Positions 43,632-51,789 of a stretch of DNA of 64,000 nt are shown piece by piece. Where the stretch lies: positions 146,511 to 210,510 of the forward strand of contig JACKGM010000001.1 of the NCBI GenBank assembly GCA_020639315.1. The letters run 5' to 3'. The stretch comes from Candidatus Nomurabacteria bacterium. Its GTDB lineage: Bacteria > Patescibacteriota > Saccharimonadia > JAGOAT01. How positions within the stretch are numbered: position 1 is the first letter of the stretch; each line of letters opens with the position of its first letter. Under the pieces are notes generated by a model. It worked only from the letters and a program-made list of their open reading frames with translations. It was not told the DNA's origin and searched no databases. The translations under genes were made by a program, and so were the position numbers.

Positions 43632-43680
43632 CCCCGCTACTATAGCTTGAAACAAACGAGTTAGAGTAGCTATTTGTAGG

Positions 43681-43813
43681 CTCACCCTTCCGAAACCAGG
43701 CCTCTTGTCCTGTCACCCTCCGAACCCTCCGTCTCTCTCTTGTCATCCTCCGAAACTCCGTCTCCCCTGTCATCCTCCGAAACCCGGAGGGTTTACGGGG
43801 GATCCAGTATTTC
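43681..43813. repeat. hairpin-unit repeat cluster (reverse half-unit reiterations plus one full unit)
   Basis: tgtcaccctccgaac.../tgtcatcctccgaaactccg.../tgtcatcctccgaaacccggagggtttacgggggatccagta. Confidence 0.85.
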
Positions 43814-44193
43814 ACACCTTTACTCATCACACTATATGTCTATATATAAGTATCATCAAAAGGCCTTGGTGGACAAGCCAGCTACACTTAGTAGACTGGT
43901 TACAAATAAACTTAAAGAGCAATGCTACTATAGTAGCACAAGTACCACAGAGGCATGCTAAGGTTTACGAATGAGCCACACCAAAAGCCTACTACCTTTT
44001 ATATACCTAATTTACAAAAATACCAAATCTAATCGAAATATATTATCTGGCGGGACAGTAGAAACGATGTTCGAAACCGCAACACAGCGTGAGTATACCT
44101 CATTGAGTGAGGTAATATATGGCTTGCGAGCCTTCAAGATACTGCTAGAGAACATTTTCAGCAGCACCGCAATAACTGGGGCACTATATAGGT

Positions 44194-44484
44194 ATGAACT
44201 ATAGCAACCGCACCGTGCTGACAGACAGCACTAATCAGGCAATCAAGGGGCTTGTAGGGCTGATTGACGCTATACAGGACGCACCACTTGGCGGTGACGG
44301 CAACTCTGGCACGTTTACACTCAGTGACGGCACGCAAGTTACACTCAACTACCAGATAAACAACAGCAAATCTACCACTACTATTACAGTAAGGAGAGGT
44401 ACTTCGAAATACACTATAGTTGAGGAGAACGAAACGGAACAACTGGCACAGGAGTTTCGTAATGATAGACCTTCTCACCTCTAA
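44194..44484 (+). CDS. hypothetical protein (element-encoded)
   Basis: 96-aa ORF on the same strand as its neighbours and overlapping them. No motif recognised. Confidence 0.4.
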   Translation: MNYSNRTVLTDSTNQAIKGLVGLIDAIQDAPLGGDGNSGTFTLSDGTQVTLNYQINNSKSTTTITVRRGTSKYTIVEENETEQLAQEFRNDRPSHL

Positions 44485-44878
44485 TGAGATAGTGAGATAT
44501 AGGGCACTGGGGCTGAGCCTTGATAACATCGCCAAAATCACAGACGTAAGCAAGCCAACGGCAGCCACCGTCTGCAAGCAAAGAGCAGATGACATTACAC
44601 AGGCAAAGCTCACAGCCTCACAGGTTGCTGCTACTGATACGGCCGAAGCCATCACAAGGCGTAAGGTTGTTTATGGGCTGCTACTTGATAAGGCGTACAG
44701 CAGCCTGCTAACAAAAGACTTCGATACTATGAAGCCAAAGGAACTCGCAGGTATGATTCACAGCATTGAACGTAGCTTGTACCTGTTGAACGAGCCCAGT
44801 AATATAAAATCCGCGAGCGAGTATAGCAACATTAGTGATGACACGCTAAGGGCTATGCTTCAATCCGTTGCTAACTAA
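44462..44878 (+). CDS. helix-turn-helix protein (element-encoded; possible regulator or recombination directionality factor)
   Basis: The N-terminus LTSNEIVRYRALGLSLDNIAKITDVSKPTAATV looks like an HTH. Start taken at the internal ATG at 44462. A weak hairpin (44885-44908) follows. Confidence 0.5.
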   Translation: MIDLLTSNEIVRYRALGLSLDNIAKITDVSKPTAATVCKQRADDITQAKLTASQVAATDTAEAITRRKVVYGLLLDKAYSSLLTKDFDTMKPKELAGMIHSIERSLYLLNEPSNIKSASEYSNISDDTLRAMLQSVAN

Positions 44879-45062
44879 AAGTTTACCGTTTCTTTACTAG
44901 TAAACGGTGTTCGCTTTCGTCCTTTTGGACTCATCAGCACAAATACACATTTGTGGAGCGAATATGACAAGCAGACATAGGGTTATAGAAAAACATCACG
45001 GAGGCCGTGAACCTAAGGTATGAACCCATATCCACTTGCCATACTCGCTCTGGAGCTTGTTA

Positions 45063-45662
45063 CTAGACGGTGAAGCCTGCCATGGCCTTCTCCGCCTCAC
45101 TGCGACTCGTATGGAAGCCCATGATGACCAGCGGGCCGGTGAGCTCCCACTCGGGGATGTGCTTGGTGCCGGGGTGGCGCGCCGTGCCGATGAAGAACTG
45201 CGCGACGGCTCCGCCGAGGTCACCCTCGTCGTAGCGCTTGAGCGACTCGTCGACGACCTTCTGCAGCCAGGCACGAGCCTCGCAGTCGGGCACGGTGCTG
45301 ACCTCGCCGGTCTGACGAAGCTGGTCGACGACCTTCTGCGCCGAACCGTCGCCGCCGTTGTCGCGGTCGAAGCCCCGCGGGTCGAACGTGTTGTCGTCCG
45401 TGAGGTCGAGCTTGAGACAGCGGCCGTACAGGTAGTCGAAGTAGAGCTCGGGTAGGCCGGGCAGGTTGATGTCACCGTAGTCGGGCGTGACCGTGTTGCC
45501 GAGTTCGGTCAGCTCCGCCGCCCACTCCTTGGTCATGACGTACGGGCCGTTCTGGAACTGCAGGGCACCCATGCGACGTGGAGCCTCGGCGGCGTTGAAT
45601 AGTGCGGCGAGAACGTCGGCCTTGGACAGGTCGGCGATGTTGACGGTGGGTCGGTCGGACAT
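45063..45662 (-). CDS. high-GC hypothetical protein (199 aa), foreign codon usage
   Basis: Only this one of five overlapping frames has protein-like composition. Nearly all codons end in G/C. GAAGGAAGGA lies upstream of ATG 45662 (the track starts at 45683). Confidence 0.65.
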   Translation of the reverse strand: MSDRPTVNIADLSKADVLAALFNAAEAPRRMGALQFQNGPYVMTKEWAAELTELGNTVTPDYGDINLPGLPELYFDYLYGRCLKLDLTDDNTFDPRGFDRDNGGDGSAQKVVDQLRQTGEVSTVPDCEARAWLQKVVDESLKRYDEGDLGGAVAQFFIGTARHPGTKHIPEWELTGPLVIMGFHTSRSEAEKAMAGFTV

Positions 45663-45732
45663 GATGTCTATTCCTTCCTTCATCTCTGGCGGAGGTGCCT
45701 CTCACATAGCGAGCGTGTGTTTTTCCTATACA

Positions 45733-45784
45733 CACAAGATGAGGTGCAAAAGCGGCTATTGCCGCACTTGCACCTCATCTTGTG
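45733..45784. promoter_or_regulatory. 52-bp perfect nested palindrome in divergent intergenic region
   Basis: CACAAGATGAGGTGCAA / TTGCACCTCATCTTGTG (17 bp) encloses GCGGC-tatt-GCCGC. Confidence 0.5.
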
Positions 45785-45995
45785 GTTGTCTGCTTGTCAA
45801 AGTACCTCGGAGTAACTCTTTACTCAACGAGTACATAGATATTAGCATACTTTAGTTATTTTGTCAATACTCAGCTCTGTATACAACCTAGAAAACATCC
45901 AATTTACTGCGTATGCTGGTAATTCGAAGCATAATCAGACCGACAAACATGTAGTAAAATAGTGCACAGAATATATAATCCTTCGAAAAAACGTA

Positions 45996-47637
45996 ATGGA
46001 ACAGTACCAATCAACCCTAGACTACGAAGAACGGAGCAAGATTTACCGCTACAAGATATATGCTCGTAAATCTTCGGAGGAAAAAGGTCGTCAGGTTCGC
46101 TCCATTGACGATCAGATAAAGGACTATCTGGCACTGGCTCACAAGCAAGGCTTGCAAGTCATAGGTGAGCCAATCAAAGAGGAGAAATCAGCGAAAGTTG
46201 CTCTGGCAGACGACCGCTGTTCAAGGCTCTACTGAAAGAGGTGAAGGACGGCAAAATAGACGGCATCATAGCATGGCACCCCGACAGGCTTGCTCGCAAT
46301 ATGGTAGAGGCTGGCAAGATTATAGATATGCTCGATAAGGAGTTGCTGCGTGACCTGAAGTTTCACTCTCACGCTTTTGACAACAGCTCGAACGGCAAGA
46401 TGATGCTCAGTATGCTGTTTGTGTTCGCAAAACACTACTCTGACGACCTGTCGGATAAGGTGAAGCGAGGGGTTAGGAATAGGGCTGGCGAAGGTAAATC
46501 TGGTGGCACACCGAAACATGGCTACAAACAGGTACAGGGTATCTACTCTGTCGATACCCACAATAACAACCACGAGCTGATAAAAACAGCATGGCACATG
46601 AGGGCTGAAGGCACAGCTCTGCCAGAAATAGCGAAGTACCTGAACGACAACCAATACTCGAAGTACTACACCACAGATGATGATTACCGAATAATGAAGG
46701 TAAGCCCAGCAGCCTCAGTAAAATGTTCAACGACCCCTTCTATTTTGGATGGCTAATACAAGATAAAGGCAAAGCATTTTTACCTGATATGGGCGTAGGG
46801 TTCGTGCCGATGATAACCGAGGAGCTATTCACCACAATACAGCTACTCACACACTCCACGCGCAAGGGCAAGACAAAAGCCAATCAAGAGAGGCTACCCC
46901 TGCGAGATGTTATTTATTGCAATATTTTCCACGGTAAAAATGCGATGATACCTAACGTGCCGAGCAGATACAAACCGAACCCCTACCTATACTTGAGCTG
47001 TAAAAATAAGGGGTGTAGCAGAAGCAAGCCAACAAACGTACGCGCAAAAGTGATACTAGAGGCTATAGAGCCAGTGATTGCCGATGTCATTTCGAGGCTC
47101 ACAGGGGACGCGTACAAGGCTTATTTACGTGAAGCAAAGGAACTCTCGTCTACACAGAAAAAAGCCCTCAGGAGCGAGATGGTGAGGCTACAAGCCACAG
47201 TAGAACGCATAAAGAGTGACAACAACGCCTTGTCACTCAGCCTAGCTAAAATGACAGACGAGAACGTAATCAGGGAAACAAACGGCAAGCTATCTGACGG
47301 ACTGAGCGAAATCAACAAGCTGGAGGTCAGGATTGACGAGGCAGAGCGCAAGCTCAAGCGCCAGGAGAGCCAACACAAAGTACTCACACCACAGGAGTTC
47401 AGTGAAATAATCGAAAAAACAGCGTCAGTATATAAAAATGGCGATGTTTCTCGAAAAGAGCGAATAATACGTGAAATGTTTTCGAAATTATCTTATGGTA
47501 AAGAAAAAGTGGAGTCCTACACCTTACAGGAACCGTTCAGAACGCTTCTTGCGGTGTCAAATGACTCCACTGTTTCTCCTGGCGGAGAGGGAGGGATTCG
47601 AACCCTCGCACCAGCTTTCGCCGGTCTACCGGTTTAG
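45996..47637 (+). pseudogene. large serine recombinase, interrupted by two frameshifts (45996-46235 / 46241-46756 / 46723-47637)
   Basis: YARKSSEE nucleophile motif. RRPLFKALLKEVKDGKIDGIIAWHPDRLARN is readable only after a frame change near 46200-46215. SLSKMFNDPFYFGW follows a second shift near 46697-46700. A Cys-rich zinc ribbon and coiled coil follow. The 3' end reads into the tRNA. Confidence 0.8.
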
Positions 47638-47672
47638 CAAACCAGCCCCTTCAGCCACTTGGGTACCTCTCC
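47580..47672 (-). tRNA. tRNA-Ser(GCU), CCA encoded
   Basis: Hand fold: GGAGAGG/CCTCTCC acceptor, anticodon loop TTGCTAA, variable arm ACCGGC-GAAA-GCTGGT, T arm GAGGG-TTCGAAT-CCCTC. Confidence 0.9.
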
Positions 47673-47790
47673 GGGTAAACTTTTACTTTTGGATTGCAAA
47701 AGTCTTAGGAGATTATAGCAAAATTATTGCTAAATCGAAAGTCAAATTTGTTTTTGTCAAATTTGAATTATGAATGTCAGGGGAATGCTG

Positions 47791-48163
47791 AAATACTGGA
47801 TCCCCCGTAAGTTCTCCGAACTTCGGAGGATGACAAGACAAGAGAGAGTGTCGGAGGATGACAATACCCTTTTTGTGTCATATTCCAAAATCCCAGAGGG
47901 ATTTATGGGATATCCAGTATTTGAATTGAATCCCAGAAATACAAAATACTGGATCCCCCGTAAACCCTCTGGGTTTCGGAGGATGACAATGCACAATGCC
48001 AGAATGCTGGATCCCCCGTAAGTTCTCCGAACTTCGGAGGATGACACAAGACAGGGGGCAGGTTTTGGAGGATGACGGAAGAGTAGTAGGCTTCGGAGGA
48101 TGACAATCCCCCTCCTGTCATCTTCGGATTACCCGGAGGGGAATACCGGAGATCCAGTATTTG
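47791..48163. repeat. hairpin-unit repeat cluster
   Basis: At least five units (types 1-3) plus half-units. Followed by the inverted 57-bp module at 48161-48216. Confidence 0.9.
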
Positions 48164-48222
48164 AGCTCGCTATTGAGGCAACAGGTTTAGTAAATCGCAG
48201 GTTGCTTGCGGGTATACTACAC

Positions 48223-49320
48223 TTAAGACCTGAGTGGCATTATTAGCTGTAGTTGGTCTGGATTTACTGGGGAGGAATTGATCACCACTGGGTCGTTTTG
48301 ACTCACGACATTAACTAAGATATCTTCAGAGTCAATCGCCTTAATAGATGGCAATAGATAATTGGCGTTTAGGCTAATATTGAGATCTTCCTTGTCATAA
48401 CTAATAGCAAGATCAGTACTGTTGTGACCAAACTGGGTGTCAGAACTCTTGACAGTCAGATTACCATTTCTAAATAGTAAAGTAATGATATGGGAGTTTT
48501 CCCGAGAGAATACATCTGCCATCCTGATAGCATCAATCAACTCCTGACGATTGAGACTAACTTGATTATTTAATTCAGTTGGTACGATCATTTGATAATC
48601 GGGGAAATTTCCCTCTATTAATCTAGTAATAAATCTAATCTCATCGATGATAAACAAGGCTTGTTTGTCATCTGATAGTACCTGTACCTCTTTAGCCTCA
48701 GATTGAGAGATTATCCTGATTAGTTCTGTCACACTCATTAGTGGCAATAATAACCCTGATTCAATCTGACCTTCAAATCCTATCTTGTATTCAGCCAGGC
48801 GATAGGAGTCAGTTGCTACCAATACCACCTGATCAGATTTTTTATATAAATAAACCGAGGATAGAGAAGGGTGATTTTGATCGACACTAGAGGCAAAAGA
48901 AGTTTTTTGTAGTCCTTCCAAAAGCTGTTCCGATTTTAGCTTTAAAGGCTTAATAGTATTATCAAAACTAATCGTTACGAAATCTTCTGGATTTGCGAGA
49001 TTCAACCTAGAGTCAAACCCCTCACTTACCACTTCGAGCACCCCACCTTCAGCAACAAGTTGTAATTTATCGGCTTTAACATTACTCACGATATCAGTAA
49101 TTAATTTAGCTGGTACCAGGATCTCTCCAGCCACTTCAGTCTTGCAGCCCAATTCATAGATCATTGAAGTTTCTAGGTTACTAGCCTCCAAGACTAGTCC
49201 TTGTTCGTTAGCTTTAAACAGAATATTACTCAATATAGGAAGAGTAGTTTTACCAACTGTAATTCTAGATATGCTGATTAGAGCCTTGGCTAATAGTTTT
49301 TGAGAGACTGATATTTTCAT
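48223..49320 (-). CDS. dnaN: DNA polymerase III beta sliding clamp
   Basis: 365 aa with a three-domain clamp pattern. Directly downstream of dnaA. Confidence 0.9.
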   Translation of the reverse strand: MKISVSQKLLAKALISISRITVGKTTLPILSNILFKANEQGLVLEASNLETSMIYELGCKTEVAGEILVPAKLITDIVSNVKADKLQLVAEGGVLEVVSEGFDSRLNLANPEDFVTISFDNTIKPLKLKSEQLLEGLQKTSFASSVDQNHPSLSSVYLYKKSDQVVLVATDSYRLAEYKIGFEGQIESGLLLPLMSVTELIRIISQSEAKEVQVLSDDKQALFIIDEIRFITRLIEGNFPDYQMIVPTELNNQVSLNRQELIDAIRMADVFSRENSHIITLLFRNGNLTVKSSDTQFGHNSTDLAISYDKEDLNISLNANYLLPSIKAIDSEDILVNVVSQNDPVVINSSPVNPDQLQLIMPLRS

Positions 49321-49526
49321 AGTATTTCCTTTCTAATTAATAATAAATAAAAATAGTAGTAATAGTAAGCTATGTGAATAAATAGGATAAGTAATTATCA
49401 AACCTAAACAAACCAAACAAAATACCAATGAATAAAGGTGTTTGTTGGTTGGGGTGATTTTGGGGAATAAGCCAAATCCAACTAATTGGCTGTTGATAAA
49501 TAGTGAGTTATCCATAGGTTTATCCA

Positions 49527-50861
49527 TTAGTTATTAATTAGCTCCTTTAGGGTATCGCGATCACTTTTGATTTCGGTTTGCTCTTGATCTAGTTGTTTTT
49601 TTATTTTTTTTACCCCATAAAGAATGGTGGTGTGATCACGATTTCCGATAATAGTAGCAATCTGGGGGTAGCTCATATTGAAGTCATAGTAAAATAGATA
49701 CATTGCCATCTGTCTAGGGTAAGCAATCTCACGACTTCGTTTTTGTCCCAGGATATCAGCAACAGATACCTCAAAATATTCAGCAACCCTTTCTAGTACT
49801 TGACGGGGTTTGAGGCGTTTTTTGTTTTTGTTTACCCCAAGGATACCCAATACTTCTTGACTAGTTAGAAGTTGGTTTCTAAGCTGTTGATGGGCACCGA
49901 TCTTCTTGACCGCTCCTTCTAAGTCTCGGATGTTTGATTTGACATTTTCTGCTATTACAGATATTACCTCTTGACTCAGAGAAACTTCACTAGATTTTGC
50001 GGTATTACTGACGATTGCTTCACGGGTTTCGTAGTTTGGTAATTGAATATCGGCTACCATTCCTCCTTCAAATCTCGAACGAAGTCTTTCTTCTAGGGTT
50101 GGGATTTCTCCAGGGGGTCGATCTGAGGTCAGGACAATTTGCTTGTTGGCATGATAGAGTGCGTTGAAGGTGTGAAAGAATTCTTCTTGGGTAGCATCCT
50201 TACCAGCAATAAACTGCATATCGTCTACCAAGAGTAGATCAGCCTTACGGTATTTGTTGGTAAATTTTTGACCCTTTTTAATTGCTGAAATGAATTCGTT
50301 GGTAAAATCTTCAGAGGTAATATAGTGGCTAATAATATCTGGAAAAGCTTGCTTGAGACTGGATTTGATTGCCCAGAGTAAGTGGGTTTTACCAACTCCG
50401 GGTGGACCATAAATAAACAGTGGATTGTAGCGTTCTCCTGGATTTTGGGAGACATGCAAGGCTGCTGCATAGGCAAGGTTGTTGCTTGACCCAACCACAA
50501 AATTACTAAAGGTATATTTATCTAGTAGTCCATTTGTCTTGGTTTGGATTGGGTTTTGAGTCTGGGGCTGGTTGGGGGTTGGTTCGGATTTTGGTTTGTT
50601 GTTACTAGTCTGATAGCTGACTTTGATGCCGGTCTGAGCTAGTTTTTTTTCTAAAACCGCGATTATTTTATTGTTTAGTTTGTCTTTTGCAAATTTTTGA
50701 GCGAAGCTACTATTGAGTACTAATATGTAGCGACTAGGGTCTGATTGGTTCAGCTCAGAGTTTCTAAGCCAGATATATTGGCTACTACTAAGATCAGCCT
50801 GCAACTCACCTAGGCACAGACGCCAAATAGTAGAAAGATTGTGATTGTTTTGCCCCTCCAT
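49527..50861 (-). CDS. dnaA: chromosomal replication initiator DnaA
   Basis: Walker A GPPGVGKTHL, box VII, and a C-terminal DNA-binding domain. Confidence 0.95.
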   Translation of the reverse strand: MEGQNNHNLSTIWRLCLGELQADLSSSQYIWLRNSELNQSDPSRYILVLNSSFAQKFAKDKLNNKIIAVLEKKLAQTGIKVSYQTSNNKPKSEPTPNQPQTQNPIQTKTNGLLDKYTFSNFVVGSSNNLAYAAALHVSQNPGERYNPLFIYGPPGVGKTHLLWAIKSSLKQAFPDIISHYITSEDFTNEFISAIKKGQKFTNKYRKADLLLVDDMQFIAGKDATQEEFFHTFNALYHANKQIVLTSDRPPGEIPTLEERLRSRFEGGMVADIQLPNYETREAIVSNTAKSSEVSLSQEVISVIAENVKSNIRDLEGAVKKIGAHQQLRNQLLTSQEVLGILGVNKNKKRLKPRQVLERVAEYFEVSVADILGQKRSREIAYPRQMAMYLFYYDFNMSYPQIATIIGNRDHTTILYGVKKIKKQLDQEQTEIKSDRDTLKELINN

Positions 50862-50889
50862 TTAGTAATCATTATAGGCTAGGTTATAG

Positions 50890-51000
50890 TTTTCCACAAG
50901 TAAAAATTGCAAGAAATAATAATATTTATCCACAGAAGCCAACTCTCCCTATATCTGTATTTAAGATAAAAAACATTTGTGTGGATAAAACTGTGGAGAA
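50890..51000. other. oriC / dnaA-promoter DnaA-box cluster
   Basis: TTATCCACA is perfect at 50926-50934 and, on the reverse strand, at 50980-50988. One-mismatch boxes lie at 50890-50898 (TTTTCCACA) and 50992-51000 (reverse TTCTCCACA). Confidence 0.75.
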
Positions 51001-51009
51001 AATAAAGAC

Positions 51010-51038
51010 TTGTATTTTTATGAGGTTTTAGCTATAAT
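51010..51038 (+). promoter_or_regulatory. sigma70-type promoter of rpmH operon
   Basis: TTGTAT, 17 nt spacer, TATAAT; 9 bp upstream of the rpmH ATG. Confidence 0.5.
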
Positions 51039-51047
51039 AACCAAGTT

Positions 51048-51182
51048 ATGAGTTTAACCTACAGAGCCAAGAAACGTAAAAGACAGCGCAAGCACGGGTT
51101 TTTTAAGAGAATGTCAACCCGAGCAGGTAGAGCTGTATTGGCTAGAAGAAGAAACAAATTACGCAAAAGACTTACGGTCTAG
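51048..51182 (+). CDS. rpmH: 50S ribosomal protein L34
   Basis: Hand translation: [44 protein letters not shown] (44 aa, below the track cutoff). Confidence 0.9.
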   Translation: MSLTYRAKKRKRQRKHGFFKRMSTRAGRAVLARRRNKLRKRLTV

Positions 51183-51200
51183 ATTTGGGTAGGTTGGCTG

Positions 51201-51569
51201 ATGCTTGCTAGAAGCCAGAGATTGAGAGAGTCTGGGCTAATTCAGATGGTTTTAAGGAGAGGCAAGAGGGTTGATCTGGGTTGGGCGAAGCTATATCTGG
51301 GAAGGTTTGATAAAAAAAGATCATATAACCAGATCGGTCAGCTAAGAGCTGCAGTGATTGTCAGTAAAAAAGTTAGCAAGAAAGCAACAGTTCGCAACCA
51401 AATTAAAAGAAAAATCTATGAGCAATTAAGGCTACTGACTAGAGAACAAGCAGAAGTCTATGATATAGTAATAGTCGTGAGACAAGAAGTCTCCCAGCTT
51501 GATTCAAGTATGATTTATCAAAAGATATCAAGGGCAATGATAAGGGACAATAAAAATGGTTGCAAATAA
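51201..51569 (+). CDS. rnpA: ribonuclease P protein component
   Basis: Basic 122-aa protein immediately after rpmH, in the conserved order rpmH-rnpA-yidD-yidC. Confidence 0.75.
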   Translation: MLARSQRLRESGLIQMVLRRGKRVDLGWAKLYLGRFDKKRSYNQIGQLRAAVIVSKKVSKKATVRNQIKRKIYEQLRLLTREQAEVYDIVIVVRQEVSQLDSSMIYQKISRAMIRDNKNGCK

Positions 51570-51789
51570 ACTAGCAATTAGACTAATAAAAGTCTATCAA
51601 GCAACTCTTTCACCCGATCATGGCCTGATGAAATTTCGTTATCCTTTTGGGTACTGTTCCAGTCCAGAGACATGTAGTGAGTATGGTCTTAGGCAGTATC
51701 AAGAACAGGGATTTTTGAGAGCAACAATTAATACTACTAAAAAAATCATAAGCTGTAACCCACTGGAGGGAAGAAAAAATAATGGATAA
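51556..51789 (+). CDS. yidD: membrane protein insertion efficiency factor YidD
   Basis: LIKVYQATLSP...CS.PETCSEYG...SCNP. Confidence 0.85.
   Translation: MVANKLAIRLIKVYQATLSPDHGLMKFRYPFGYCSSPETCSEYGLRQYQEQGFLRATINTTKKIISCNPLEGRKNNG

Larger units (their letters stand above)
44047..47585 (+). mobile_element. ~3.5-kb integrated element at the tRNA-Ser(GCU) 3' end, bounded by CTGGCGG direct repeats
   Basis: Composition shifts at 44047. The heptamer CTGGCGG occurs at 44047-44053 and 47579-47585, the latter being the tRNA CCA end. The interval contains a serine recombinase and lacks host repeat families. Confidence 0.6.

Noticed and set aside
44047-44090. tRNA-like fragment (tggcgggacag...gttcgaaaccgc) that looked like a duplicated tRNA 3' half marking the left att site.
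   Set aside because: The spacing between the TGGCGG and TTCGAA motifs differs from that in the real tRNA, and no T-arm or acceptor pairing can be drawn. Only the 7-bp core CTGGCGG is shared.
43971-44204. Track ORF of 77 aa spanning the left border of the element.
   Set aside because: It crosses the compositional and att boundary. Its upstream half is AT-rich host flank. The element-internal part is better explained as a possible recombinase tail or a chance open frame.
44158-44655. 165-aa minus-strand ORF antisense to the element's small ORFs.
   Set aside because: It has a Cys/Ala/Val/Ser-rich odd composition, lies fully antisense to two co-oriented overlapping ORFs, and has no RBS. It is likely a shadow frame.
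45733-45784. Interpretation of the 17-bp palindrome as an intrinsic terminator.
   Set aside because: No T/U tract follows the stem on either strand, and it lies upstream, not downstream, of both flanking genes.
44996-45855. Four further ORFs overlapping the high-GC gene (44996..45475 -, 45036..45455 +, 45472..45735 -, 45487..45855 +).
   Set aside because: Their Arg/Ala/Ser/Thr-rich low-complexity translations are typical of shadow frames in high-GC DNA. Only 45063..45662 (-) has balanced composition and a G/C-ending codon pattern.
49333-49527. 64-aa hydrophobic ORF between dnaA and dnaN, whose ATG overlaps the dnaA stop.
   Set aside because: The region is extremely AT-rich and carries DnaA-box-like sites, so it is more likely the oriC/DUE part of the dnaA-dnaN spacer. 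The Leu/Phe/Ile-rich product is what AT-rich DNA encodes by chance. This is not fully excluded.
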